Origin: Trypanosoma brucei
Taxonomy: Eukaryota
Direction: 5' to 3'
NCBI GenBank assembly: GCA_000002445.1
Contig: CP000069.1
Location: forward strand, 768,001 to 832,000
DNA: 64,000 nucleotides
The notes beneath the pieces are model-generated. The model had not been told where the DNA came from, searched no databases, and worked only from the letters and a program-made list of their open reading frames with translations. The translations under genes were made by a program, and so were the position numbers. This document shows positions 10,701 through 21,282 of the stretch, piece after piece; within the stretch, counting starts at the first letter, position 1, and every line of letters begins with the position of its first letter.

Positions 10701-12109
10701 ATTTGGGGGCCGTTAATATTTCCCTACCCATACTCCACCACAAGGGAAAAACTAACACAACGGAGAAAGAGTCATACAGTGGAGGACGATAACAATTACC
10801 ACCCCTCGTCGACAAATGAGTTACCCGACACGGACGGGAATAGTACGACCCTTACGCGCAGAAAAGTCGACAGCAGCTCAACGTATGAGAGGAGCCTTTC
10901 AAGGGATCTGGGAAATGTCAAATGGAAATCAACAACACGCAACAAAGGTGTTCTTGGTAAACGACGTCACGGTTATTCTAGCTTCTGCACACGATACGTA
11001 TATTATGGCACTGGCTTCAGAAGCAAACAAAGTAGCAAAAAGGATGTGAACACGCACAACTTGGGAACAGAAAGGACCCATAATCTAAGGATTCTATGCT
11101 TTCGCAGACAAACACGGACTACCGGCTGTCGAAACGACAATCCCCTTGTTTATTGTAAGTTTGCAACTGGCAAAGAGCAGCACCATACAGTATACAAGGA
11201 CACTACTATCATCACTAGCCGCAGAGCATACACCAGCGCGAATGTATTTGTAGCCGGACTATGCAGAATGACAGGGGGAAATACCATAAAACAGGCTTGA
11301 CCCATGTTGCGTTGGGAGCTCGATCTCGCGTGTGACACTTTAACACTAGAGCGGGATCGAGTGGCTTTAAAGCTGACCTGAATCGCAGCCAGCAGATGGG
11401 GAGAAATAGCACAGCTACAAAAGGAGAATTTTGTGCTCCATCCACAAGACAAAAAAGATGATGCCATAGTGGTAAACTGAGGAGCACTCCCGAAGATATT
11501 CAAAAGCGACACACACAGAACCGCGAAGTATGTGGTGATAAGCGGAGAAGATGCAAGAAGGATCCGAAGGGTAATCAGGGAAATGGAGGGTAATGAAAAG
11601 CTCACATCTATTACAACAAAAGGAATGAAAGAAATACTACGCTCACTCGGGATGACTGCACATTCAATAAAGAGAGGGAAATTAGCACACGTAGAATTGG
11701 CATGAGTGGTGTAAAAACACAAGCCCTCGACTTAAGATTATTAACACAATTAGGAAAGCACGCAGACCCTCAGAAGCTTTCACGAAGTACGGTAAGACGC
11801 TATCTGTGTCGATGGAACACCACCATCAACAAGTCGGAGCGGTTAACCACGTTGATGTAAAACATCTGATAGGGAGAAAAGCAGATATGCCATGCAATAT
11901 GCCGGAATCCTCACGCCGAGCAGTGTTAGCTTTATTGACAAGAAAAAATTATCGAGGGCACATCATCATTCGACGTTCGCAAGGAACGCGGGCAGTGTCA
12001 GATGAAGAAGAGAGACATTACTTCTTCAGGAAGTAAATGTGGGTACATTGTCTTTGGAATTGGTACGAAGACGAATGTAGGATGAGGCACAGCAACGGTT
12101 TGACAATGT

Positions 12110-13400
12110 ATGGAACTTGATGATTGCCACGGAACGAAATTCGAAAGAAAGAGACAGGGAGTCTCATTTGCGGATTGCGGAAAAAGACGCCGATTTATTG
12201 CCTGGTCCAAGGTAAAAAATGCCAGAAATGATTACGAGGTTGGAGTCCTGTTGGGACACATATCCCTATATCTAAGTGCAGTTTATGATGAATCCGCAGG
12301 GTTGTTTGATTTAAAGGCTTCTTTTTTTCCGGATGAACAAGCCACAAAAGACATTCGAGCGAGTTTCCGCTGTTGCACAGAAAAGTGGGGAACTGGTAGA
12401 ATTGAATCGATTCCCAATGGGTTAATAAATGAAGCCATGAAATTGTACAGACATCACGAGAGTTTTGGCAGGAGACTCAGAGGTAGTGAAACCACAATAT
12501 GCGGCCGCCAACGAATCGAGGGTTCACACGTAGATCGATAACATCCGTATCAGTAAACCACACAAAACGGTCAAAGAATGGGGGGACCACATTGCTAAAA
12601 ACATGAAAGAATGCGGGGCAACGGTTGCCGAGCAACAAAAAATGGTCACACGATACGAATTTATCGGGGTTTTATTTGACCATGACAAACAGACGGTTTT
12701 GTTGAATGCAAAGACAACACGGCGGATTCGAGAATCGGCTCCACTCGAGACAACGACCATAAAACAGATGGAGAGAGTTGTATTCTGCATGATATACGCG
12801 GCTGGTATTGGGGGGGGGAGCCATTTTTCTCTTACTATATTTTCTTTAAAATGATGCGTCGGCGTTTATCTCGCCTAAATAGGAAATTGGTGAACCATTC
12901 CGATCGGGATTAGCTGCCAAAAAATGCATTAAAGTTGGCGAAGCAGTGGATGAGCGAGTTGTTGAAAAATGTAGCAGTGGTTCCACCACAGGTTCATCCC
13001 TCCACGGCCACACTGGTGACAGATACCTCCGTGCAGGGATGGGGAGGGATGTTATTTCGAGATAAAGGAGAGATTATAATAGCAGGAGGCTCCTGGGAAA
13101 CGGCACCTCACATGATATCATAAGGAGAAGTGCGAGCGATTCAATTCGCATTGTTAGCGATTCGGGGGCGTTTCGATGGGCCATTGCAAATATACGTGGA
13201 TAACACCACCGTAATGCATATTATGAAGGAAGACGACGCGCATTCAAGCGCCCTAGTGCGATAGGCATCTGTAAAAAACAGGATATTACGACAGGAACAG
13301 ATAAATGCCACATGGTGTTACGTACATTCAGGGGTAAATCCAACCGATGGGATGTCTCGAGGGATACCTGTCAGGGGACAGGACTTGGCGATGGGGTGGA
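12110..13400 (+). pseudogene. Frameshifted RT/RNase H pol remnant of the retroelement
   Basis: The RT C-terminal 'EFIGVLFD...K..ai...P' segment lies in ORF 12603-12854. The RNase H motif TDTSVQGWGG is in ORF 12935-13123. The terminal HSGVNPTDGMSRG motif sits about 13.32 kb in another frame, after a stop. Several frame changes and stops separate these pieces. Confidence 0.5.
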
Positions 13401-13782
13401 ACATGTGGAGGAGAGCGCGGGAGGAGGTTTTAAAGACGCTTTCAGCTCTTTCATATCGTTAGTAAATTATCGTTCATAAATCGTATTTGCGTGGGATGAG
13501 GATGAAGGAACACAACCGGGCATTTAAGGATAAATAATTATTTTTTATATCTTTCTTATCGGTAATAAAGGGAAGGTAATGCCTAAACTATTCCTCTTTT
13601 TACTTTCTTATGTCTTTCTTCTCTCCAAAATATACATTTTTTAATCTAAAGGAAAAAGGGGAAGGGGAACGTGTCGGGTTTATCGTAAGCGGTTTTGAAT
13701 TCTGATCACTAGCTGTTGGTAAGAGTTCGGAAAGGGAAACTTGAATTGTTTTTTATTACATTAAAGTGAAGGCCCACGGTCG

Positions 13783-14712
13783 ATGCCACGCCATTTACGC
13801 TCGTTTTTTTGGGTATTGGTGATTGCCATCAGTCATTGTTCTTTCTTACAGCTGACGACACCGGTAGCAGGTGCATCACAGGGGGAAGCAAATGTTGACT
13901 ACGATGCCATTTTGTTAGAGCATATGATGGCACAAACTTTCACAGTCAGTGTTTTCACGGAGCGATACGGCGTATTCAATGCAAGCCTTGTTCTTTCAGC
14001 TTCCTCTAATTTCCCTGAACTCATTCACGGTGAGCTCATTCCCACTGGAACACAGAGGTTAGAAACGAAGGAGCAGCGGGGTTTGGAACATTTTTCACAC
14101 AACCGTTCGATGCTTGGAGTCACGCCGCCACAGCAGGTTGCTAATGCCCACCCCTCTCTGTTAATCATAAACATTAAAATGGATTATTCTGGGGCATCGG
14201 CAGGAACCTTTAGTGCCTGGAGTCTCCCAGCAGCGGATCGAGAATTACAAACTCGTTTGACGACACTAGATGAGAAAGAAATAAATCCAACGGTTTCAGC
14301 CAGTTTTTCCTTTCTCCCTGTCGTGACCGCTGCAATTCCCTCTTCACTGAGCGATATCCAACTTGCTCCACGCATGGCGAGTGGGACAGTCTCAATGGAG
14401 GATGGGAAGAAAGGAACCTTTACACTTAACTTTCTCTCGGACCATGAGTTTTCTCTAATAGTGAGATTAGAGGGTGATACTTCGTCTTTTGATAACATTT
14501 GGGCGCACGGGTACGCAAAACCAAATGATGTCTTATTTCCTCGTCGTCCCCCGTATAAACCCCCGGTTTGGCTCATTTGGCTGATGTCAGGTGCATGGTT
14601 ATCGGTTGTCTTGTTTCAAGTTATTAGTTATTGTTATTCTAACGATCATTCTGTGCAACCGAAGCAAATCGTCCGTGTGGCACCACCCGCCAAGGGCAAG
14701 AAGGTCAACTGA
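13783..14712 (+). CDS. Hypothetical type-I membrane protein with a signal peptide and a C-terminal TM helix
   Basis: ATG ORF of 309 aa. The N-terminus has a hydrophobic signal-like segment FFWVLVIAISHCSFLQL. There is a C-terminal TM helix WLIWLMSGAWLSVVLFQVISY followed by a basic tail. No recognisable family. Confidence 0.6.
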   Translation: MPRHLRSFFWVLVIAISHCSFLQLTTPVAGASQGEANVDYDAILLEHMMAQTFTVSVFTERYGVFNASLVLSASSNFPELIHGELIPTGTQRLETKEQRGLEHFSHNRSMLGVTPPQQVANAHPSLLIINIKMDYSGASAGTFSAWSLPAADRELQTRLTTLDEKEINPTVSASFSFLPVVTAAIPSSLSDIQLAPRMASGTVSMEDGKKGTFTLNFLSDHEFSLIVRLEGDTSSFDNIWAHGYAKPNDVLFPRRPPYKPPVWLIWLMSGAWLSVVLFQVISYCYSNDHSVQPKQIVRVAPPAKGKKVN

Positions 14713-15399
14713 TGGTATACCCCGTGTTGGAATAGGTGAACCAAATGACTCATTTTTTCTTTTTTTTTTTTAAAAAAAAGAACTCTGCTTTGAGTTTATC
14801 TTTTTCATTGTGCAGGCTCTCCTTGGGGCGAACAAAGTGGTGGGAGAGACGGTACCTACTTGCGTTAAATCTCCTTTTTTCTCTTTGCACACCTGTGTGT
14901 GTCTGTTTCTATATTTATCGCGCCCGAAGAGGTAATAGGGGGAAACTGCTGAAAGTTTCTAACGCTTATGAACAGGGAAACAGAGATCGTTTTTTTTTTT
15001 GGAGGGGGGGGGGCGTTTACATGGTTCCTTTCCACGTTTCATCATATCGCACGCAGGAAGCGCCCTTTTGTACAATGAAAGTATTCTTTACCAGGGGTTG
15101 TTAGCGGGCGGTGTTTGAGAATTGGTGAGCAATAATAATCTTCGAACCTCCGTTTTCAGGTAAAAAACGAGTATAGTCGAAAACTGCTGCCAAATAATGG
15201 AGGACCAACTACAGCTTCTCTCTTTCCACATACTTGCCTCTTTACTGGTTGCCTGCTTGCTCCATATATATGACGCCGCTTCTTTGGCCTTTTTCTTTTT
15301 TTTTTTTAAATTTCCCTACGCCTAGTGACACTAAATAGAAGGTGCAGTAAAAGGGGTCGTGGTGGTGGTGGTAGGAGACGCACTCAAATTGCGCACCGA

Positions 15400-16839
15400 A
15401 TGCTCAGTGGAACTACTTTTGGAGCATCTCCACTGGCTCGTAATATCGCTGATGACCCCGAGGGGTGGCCGGTAGTTGTAGTCGTTGGTGAATTGGCCAC
15501 ATATATGTGTCGATCCGGAGATATTCGACCCTTTGCTCAAGAAAAACCAATTTCTGCTGATGTGCTGGGGAAACCACCACCAACAGCCACTGAGTCGGAC
15601 AATGACGCGACCAACTCGTCACGGGAGGAGGCACACTCGTTCCTTTTGTCAAGACTGCGAAGACATCTGTCGCATCGGAACATTATTTTAGTTGCACCTG
15701 TACGCTCTACATTGGAGTGGCACGAGAAGCTTGTGGTATTCTGTTTCGAAAAGCTGCAGGTACGTACACTCGTGATGTTGTCGGATTTTGTAGCCGATGC
15801 GTTTGCCGTTGGATGTCGGAATGCACTTGTGCTTCATGCCTCGCCCTCAGCCATTAGTATTGGTCGTGTAGAGGCTGGCGTTACAGTAAAGCAAGCAACA
15901 ATGTCTTATGGACAGCTTTCCCCATTAATGTGCGAAACGACAGGGGACATCAAACACAATGTATTAACGCAACAACATGCAAACGCGGGCACTAATTGTC
16001 GCGAAGGAGATAATCAAACCAGAGAGAGTGTCTCATCCGGTACCGCCGTTATACCCGGGAAACTACCGAGTGACGACTCTGTTTTTTCTTCCGTGTTTTC
16101 CGCTGCATCGCCGAAGGTTGTAGATTTGTTGGATGAAGTGCATCATGACGCACTTGCTTCTTTGGTAGGGGAGAACGTGTACAACCGCGTCGTTTCTTCA
16201 ATGCGGGAAGGTCGGCCAAACCAAAGGAAGTTGCGAGCAACAAAACGTGACAGAGCGAGCAACAGTGGTGGTCGGAGGAGTAGCAGGAATGGTCGAGTCA
16301 ATGCTGCTGCAAATGTGAGTGAGAACTCGAGCAAACGATCTCTTATTGACATAAGTAGCAGTGGGGGGGATGAGGGTGGGGAAAGTGAGGAAGATGACGG
16401 TGAAGGACCCCTCATTCGTCTCATATTGTCCGTCGCTGGTCGTGAGCCGGTTCCAGTTATTATTGCAGGCGAGGCCTTGCGTGTTGCTCCATCGCTTCAA
16501 AAGTTTCTTGAGGAGGCGGTCCGTGCTTGCGGTACCTCCCATATGAAACGCGCATGTAACGACGACTCAAACTCATCAAGTAGTTCATCGACAGCTTCGT
16601 CTTCATCTTCTTCGGGTGGCGCCTCGTCATTTTCCTCATCGTTATCGACTCCGAGTGATGGCCAGGAAGTTCTTAAAATTCAACCACTACCGATCGGAGA
16701 ACTTCCATGGGAACTGTCCCTTCTTGGTGGCTCCCTTGTCTCACAACTTCCTATGCTGGAATTGTGCAAGCTTTACATTTCACGGGAGGATGCGCTTTCT
16801 TCAAAAGGGTCTATCATACGTTGGCGGTCGGTCATTTGA
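15400..16839 (+). CDS. Hypothetical protein, Ser-rich with an acidic patch
   Basis: The track ORF begins at a GTG at 15325. The first in-frame ATG is at 15400, giving about 480 aa. The protein has a poly-Ser/acidic low-complexity region (SSSSSTASSSSSSGGASS; GGDEGGESEEDDGEG) and no recognised domain. Confidence 0.65.
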   Translation: MLSGTTFGASPLARNIADDPEGWPVVVVVGELATYMCRSGDIRPFAQEKPISADVLGKPPPTATESDNDATNSSREEAHSFLLSRLRRHLSHRNIILVAPVRSTLEWHEKLVVFCFEKLQVRTLVMLSDFVADAFAVGCRNALVLHASPSAISIGRVEAGVTVKQATMSYGQLSPLMCETTGDIKHNVLTQQHANAGTNCREGDNQTRESVSSGTAVIPGKLPSDDSVFSSVFSAASPKVVDLLDEVHHDALASLVGENVYNRVVSSMREGRPNQRKLRATKRDRASNSGGRRSSRNGRVNAAANVSENSSKRSLIDISSSGGDEGGESEEDDGEGPLIRLILSVAGREPVPVIIAGEALRVAPSLQKFLEEAVRACGTSHMKRACNDDSNSSSSSSTASSSSSSGGASSFSSSLSTPSDGQEVLKIQPLPIGELPWELSLLGGSLVSQLPMLELCKLYISREDALSSKGSIIRWRSVI

Positions 16840-17130
16840 GAAGGGGGGGGCAGGGGAAAACTCCCGTAATATGTGTTCCGTTTTGTTGGGTGCATTTTGT
16901 CGTCTGTTTGTTCGACTGTTTTTTGTGGGTGCGAGTGTTGAAGGAGCCACTGCATTTTGTCACGTATTTGAGTGCTCCTTCTGCTCCGTTTTTTTACCCC
17001 TGTTTGAAAATGTATGACTGCGGGTGACAAGTTGAGGTGCCCTATACGGTGTATGTGCATTGCGTGTCTGTCTGTGGCGTGTTCCTTTGGATTATGTATC
17101 CCCTTGTCTACAGCAACCACTCTCCAACGA

Positions 17131-17176
17131 ATTATTATTATTTTTTCCCTAACCACCTCACCTTTGTTACTTCAGG
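17131..17176 (+). promoter_or_regulatory. Polypyrimidine tract plus AG acceptor upstream of the 17293 gene
   Basis: ATTATTATTATTTTTTCCCTAACCACCTCACCTTTGTTACTTCAG sits inside the 5' end of the long ORF, which supports the downstream ATG as the true start. Confidence 0.4.
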
Positions 17177-17292
17177 TGAATAATTCGGGTTCCCGCGCTC
17201 CATTGGAAAGGTCTCTACGGTGGAAACGAAAGGGGAGCGAGAGGGAAAGCGAAGTGAAGAGGGAAGAAGGTGTGCCAATATTTGTTACTAAG

Positions 17293-19107
17293 ATGCTGTT
17301 CTGGTGTCGTCATGTGAGCTGCTTACTTAGCCGCCGTCGTCACGTCCAATATACATCCAGAGGGGAGGTGGAGAGGCTGCGTAAAACTGCTATCCTTGAG
17401 TCAGCTGCGGAGATGCCTTTGCACACGCGTTCAACCACAGAACCGAGGCTGTTGCTGTCCACTACTTGCTCGACTTCAAACACAACATCCGCAATACGCA
17501 TTCTTGATGAAACAATAGAAGCGATGCGCAGTAGCTTGGGCACACAGAGCGGCAAGAGGGCAGTGTACGCCGCATCACGTGCCTTTAAAGTCTCATCGTT
17601 GTCTCATTTCATAACCGAGTGCCGGAGGTTGCGGCGGCAAATTGGTGAGTGCCGTGATACCAACAACCGTGTACTTCTTCGGCAAACGCTTCGTAATTTT
17701 TGGACGGATAATGTGGATGGGGCACTCGCCTGTTGTGCATTGAGGGGAAGAGACTTCGGTTTTGTAGCTGGGCTTGGTCTTGCAGACGACGGGCTTCATG
17801 TTAGTTTCACTGCTCTGAACCTTGCAGTTTGTAGTGTGACGCAGGAGAAGAACACTTGCACGTGCACAGACATGGTCCTGTCTCTTCACTACGTGGCAAG
17901 GGAACTTAACTTCATTGAACGAATGCACCGGCGTGAACCGGATCCCCACAAAGGGAAGAAATTCGAAAGAAAAAAAGGGATCAGGGATGATAGAAACTCA
18001 CCGAACGGTGAGGGGACAAGCAACAGCAACAAGGAAATAGGACGCGGTGGACCTACGCAAGAAGAACTTCAACATCTGAGGCGAACCGTTGCGACCTTAG
18101 GACTGGAGAGAATACACTATTTCTTCCTGCAGCGCGATGCTTCGGGTGCTGTGTTGGGGACGGCTGAGGATGCCCTCCACGTTCTGGAGTTTCTTTCTAT
18201 TGTGGATATCGACGATGCGGAAGACAGCGCACGGGTTCTTTTTGAGGCAACAAAACCACGGTCCCGCAAAAAAATTTATCAATTTGCCGTCACCTCGCTT
18301 CTTCGCCATGTCGTGAGTAACTGCAAAGATCTGAAGTTTACGTCAGTTGTGCATGCTTTCCGACTTCTGCGTATTTTTCTACCAGTGACGTGTCCTGATT
18401 CACCGACTAAGTTATCCCCACCACCACCATTACCTCCGCGGACGAAAGAGTGGGAAAGCAGTATTAATTCAGCGGCACCTAGGGTTCTCAGTCATACAAT
18501 AGATGCATTTCGTGGGGACCCTCACGATGAAACCGTTTTTGTTAGCGGGGGTGCAGAGTATTTGGAATGGAAAAGACAACTTGAAACTATGGATCGTATT
18601 TTATGGGGTCTATTTGCTGCGCTTCAGAAGAAGGATGCACGTTTTATAAATGCATTTCATTTTGTGCAGATTGTTGAAACGCTATCGCGCCTCCCACGTC
18701 ACTTGCTGTCGCGTGTTCCGCAACCGAAACGGGGAAGACCCCAAGGTGTTGGAGGGACAATGGTGTCCAATCCAACGCTTGAGGCTGCCGCAGTGCATGC
18801 CGCTCACTCTGGAAACCGAAGCTCCGATAGGGAAGTGATTTCATTAGAGGAACTGTGGGCCTACATGGTGGCAAAGGCGTGCATTTTCATACCGGGTATG
18901 ACGTCTGATCAGCGCCGCCGAGTGTGTTATAACTTACGTGTGGCAGTGATGAGTCGCGCCGTTTGTTTTCAATGCGAAGTGGAGGACATGCTGCAACCGA
19001 TGGCGCATGAACTTTCGCAGTATCCAAAGGATTTTGACGCAGTTATGTTTGATCGCGCCTCGCCCGGAGGGGCGAGGGGATGTTACTATACTGGTAGTGG
19101 TGCATAA
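17293..19107 (+). CDS. Hypothetical protein of about 604 aa
   Basis: The long ORF opens at an ATG at 17014. Its first 90 codons read through a polypyrimidine tract and an AG at about 17130-17175, so the start was placed at the first ATG after that tract (17293, MLFWCRHV...). No domain recognised. The start is uncertain. Confidence 0.6.
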   Translation: MLFWCRHVSCLLSRRRHVQYTSRGEVERLRKTAILESAAEMPLHTRSTTEPRLLLSTTCSTSNTTSAIRILDETIEAMRSSLGTQSGKRAVYAASRAFKVSSLSHFITECRRLRRQIGECRDTNNRVLLRQTLRNFWTDNVDGALACCALRGRDFGFVAGLGLADDGLHVSFTALNLAVCSVTQEKNTCTCTDMVLSLHYVARELNFIERMHRREPDPHKGKKFERKKGIRDDRNSPNGEGTSNSNKEIGRGGPTQEELQHLRRTVATLGLERIHYFFLQRDASGAVLGTAEDALHVLEFLSIVDIDDAEDSARVLFEATKPRSRKKIYQFAVTSLLRHVVSNCKDLKFTSVVHAFRLLRIFLPVTCPDSPTKLSPPPPLPPRTKEWESSINSAAPRVLSHTIDAFRGDPHDETVFVSGGAEYLEWKRQLETMDRILWGLFAALQKKDARFINAFHFVQIVETLSRLPRHLLSRVPQPKRGRPQGVGGTMVSNPTLEAAAVHAAHSGNRSSDREVISLEELWAYMVAKACIFIPGMTSDQRRRVCYNLRVAVMSRAVCFQCEVEDMLQPMAHELSQYPKDFDAVMFDRASPGGARGCYYTGSGA

Positions 19108-19483
19108 CCGGCGGATAAGATGCTACGCGGCATTTTCGTGTCGCGTACGTGTGTGCGTATTCAGATGATTTTTTGTTTAAAAAACATTTCTTTGTTTTTA
19201 TTCTTTTATATATTATCTTCACCCTTCTTGTAGCGTTTCGAGGGTACGGGAGGGGGGGGGGTGGCAGAGAGTTGTAAAGTAGGGTATATGCGAAGACGAA
19301 GCCATACTTTCAAGCAAGCGTTTCTGGTGTTTTTGTATTTTTTTTCTGTGTCCTTTTCCCCCCCTTAAATCCCCTACTAATATAATTTACCGATTTTCCT
19401 TTCTGTCTGTCGATAACTTGCAATGTATTTATTATGCAGTGCTGTAGTCGTCTACCTACTTCACTGATAACAAGATAAGTGTT

Positions 19484-19876
19484 ATGATTCGCCGATTAGG
19501 CAGTGTTTCTTCCACGTCCTCTTCATCACTATGCCGTGCGGCATCAGTTGCGATGATTCCCGCTGCTCAGTCCCGCGCTGCGGTTAGGGAATTCCACAGT
19601 TTGTATAGCCTTGCGGCGTCACTTGTTGTCTGCTCGGGTTCCGTGTTGTGTTTTGCATCATGGGCGAATAACATATGCAACGTCAGGAAATATGGCCGCT
19701 GGCGTTTCCGCAACACGATTGACGATGTTATTATGGTTTCAGACTTCAAAACAGCGCGTTATATTGGAGGGTTTATTGGTTTCTTGTTCTATTGGCTCAT
19801 AGTAGGTCCGAGGAAATACATGTACGAGAGTAATTTAGCGGACATTCCTGGAAATAAGCGCTTTGGGCCTTTTTAG
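19484..19876 (+). CDS. Small hypothetical membrane protein, possibly mitochondrial, with a presequence-like N-terminus
   Basis: ATG ORF of 130 aa. The N-terminus MIRRLGSVSSTSSSSLCRAAS is Arg/Ser-rich and presequence-like. Two hydrophobic helices follow: LAASLVVCSGSVLCFASWA and IGGFIGFLFYWLIVG. Confidence 0.4.
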   Translation: MIRRLGSVSSTSSSSLCRAASVAMIPAAQSRAAVREFHSLYSLAASLVVCSGSVLCFASWANNICNVRKYGRWRFRNTIDDVIMVSDFKTARYIGGFIGFLFYWLIVGPRKYMYESNLADIPGNKRFGPF

Positions 19877-20850
19877 ATGGAATGGTAAACATATAACCGG
19901 ACACAAAATGGATGAGGTAGAACAGTTATGCACCAGGGGATGCATGATGCAGCTAGAAATCAAAAGCTCTGATGCGGATGGAAGACGGAAGAAAGTGTTG
20001 AGGAGGAGGAGGAGGAGAGGAAAGAAGGAAGGAAGGAAGGAGTGGGGAAATGTTTAATCCACTGGAAGGATGTAGTTGCGTGCGTGAGCGAATATGCGGC
20101 GGGATTTGCCGTTCTTCAACAGTAGTAATAGCAGTAGTATTAGGTGTGGAAAAAAAAAAGGGATCCGCGTTTCCACTAACTCACACGTCTATATGTATAT
20201 ATATGTGTGTGTGTGTATTATCATCATAACGTCTGCAATCTAGCAGCGTTCTTCCTTCAGTGGTGTTCAGTCATTAATCCCTCATAGTGTTATCGAAGGC
20301 GATGCCTCGTGGAAGTTTTCTCTTCTCCCTCACCGAGTTGGTCGTGCATATATGAACGTGTTATTCCGACTAGGAAAGGGAGGAGGAAGCAGACATGATA
20401 TAATTTACCATTTCTGCAGAAACTGAACACGTGCACACATATTCGTTTTTGACTTGTTGTCACCTGTGGTTAAGAATTTTTTTTTATGTTGTGTCAGCAT
20501 AGTGATATCAGTTTTTAGGAGCGCGGATGAATGTTTTCTCAGTTCCATTATATACTCTTCCGTCTTTATTTTTTCTCTTATTATATATATTTTTTAACGT
20601 CTAATGGAGCCACCAATTGTAAGTGTAATAGTTCTTCTTACAACTTACTACTTCATACATCCACAACGATATCACAAAAAAAAAAGGAAAAAATCGACGG
20701 CAAAGTTAGAAAAAAGATTGAAGGGGTAGTGTTTCACACGAGATACAGTTCACGAGCCTTTTCAAATCCTTTAATAATCATTTGTCTTTGTTGTTGTGTG
20801 TGTGTGAAGTTTCTGAGAGAACAAAGAGTTTAAGGGAGACGCTCACACGA

Positions 20851-21282
20851 ATGAGGAAACAATTAAATATGCAGGAGGAAGGTGATGCTTCCACGGCACG
20901 TACACATCGGCGACTGAATGATTTGCGCATGCAACCTCTGAGTTCGCTGCCTATGACGATATTTATGATGTGGATGGTGGGCAACGATGTGAGTATTTTC
21001 TCCATCGTATTTGTTGGCATGGCTGTCACAAACCCGCTTCAGTCCATGTTGGGAGCGGCAAAAGTCTTTGAGGAATTTAATGAGGAGGCGGAGAAGGACC
21101 CACACGTACGCAGTGCCGTTGGTCATTCAAAGCTTATCTACATTGCCTGCTGTTTCGCCGCCCTTGCTGTGGCGCTCATTAAACTCAACTGGATGGGTCT
21201 TATGCCGGTGAATGCAATGGATTGGTTGGACAGCACACCCCCACAGTACAAGGAGCAGAGCATGGGCACATTTTTTAGTTAA
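20851..21282 (+). CDS. ER membrane protein complex subunit 4 (EMC4/TMEM85)-like small membrane protein
   Basis: The track ORF starts at a TTG at 20782. The first ATG is at 20851, giving 143 aa. LPMTIFMMWMVGNDVSIFSIVFVGMAV...NPLQSM and IKLNWMGLMPVNAMDWLDS resemble EMC4 blocks as recalled from memory (MLWMMGNS.QIFSI; YKCQSMGLLPT..SDWLA). Confidence 0.55.
   Translation: MRKQLNMQEEGDASTARTHRRLNDLRMQPLSSLPMTIFMMWMVGNDVSIFSIVFVGMAVTNPLQSMLGAAKVFEEFNEEAEKDPHVRSAVGHSKLIYIACCFAALAVALIKLNWMGLMPVNAMDWLDSTPPQYKEQSMGTFFS

Larger units (their letters stand above)
9480..13450 (+). mobile_element. Degenerate retroelement remnant, VIPER/DIRS-like: gag CCHC knuckle, possible tyrosine recombinase, RT thumb and RNase H
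   Basis: Eight or more consecutive + strand ORF fragments (9526-9825, 9822-10115, 10365-10700, 10779-11300, 11806-12036, 12110-12541, 12603-12854, 12935-13123) sit in different frames. The motifs are CFTCGQLGHYSNTC (gag CCHC), EFIGVLFDHDKQTVLLNAKTTRRI...P (the FLG 'thumb' after YxDD in LTR/DIRS/retroviral RTs), and VTDTSVQGWGG plus WCYVHSGVNPTDGMSRG (RNase H start and C-terminal motif). Local composition differs from the flanks: it is A-rich and has few T tracts. The boundaries are approximate. Confidence 0.55.

Noticed and set aside
11150-11722. Minus-strand ORFs of 160-190 aa antisense to real genes or to the retroelement (5724-6209, 11150-11722, 31198-31731, 49784-50290, 50321-50890, 60260-60799)
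   Set aside because: All lie antisense within longer + strand ORFs or repeats. Their composition is low-complexity or hydrophobic, and they lack family motifs. In a unidirectional trypanosomatid cluster minus-strand genes are not expected.
15325-16839. ORF-track starts at GTG or TTG codons: 15325 GTG, 20782 TTG, 22722 GTG, 57078 GTG, 58155 TTG, plus the over-extended ATG ORFs at 17014, 49494 and 55524
   Set aside because: This is a eukaryote, so only ATG initiation is plausible. The extended N-termini translate polypyrimidine tracts and microsatellites. Starts were moved to the first sensible in-frame ATG (15400, 17293, 20851, 22731, 49710, 55608, 57105, 58200).
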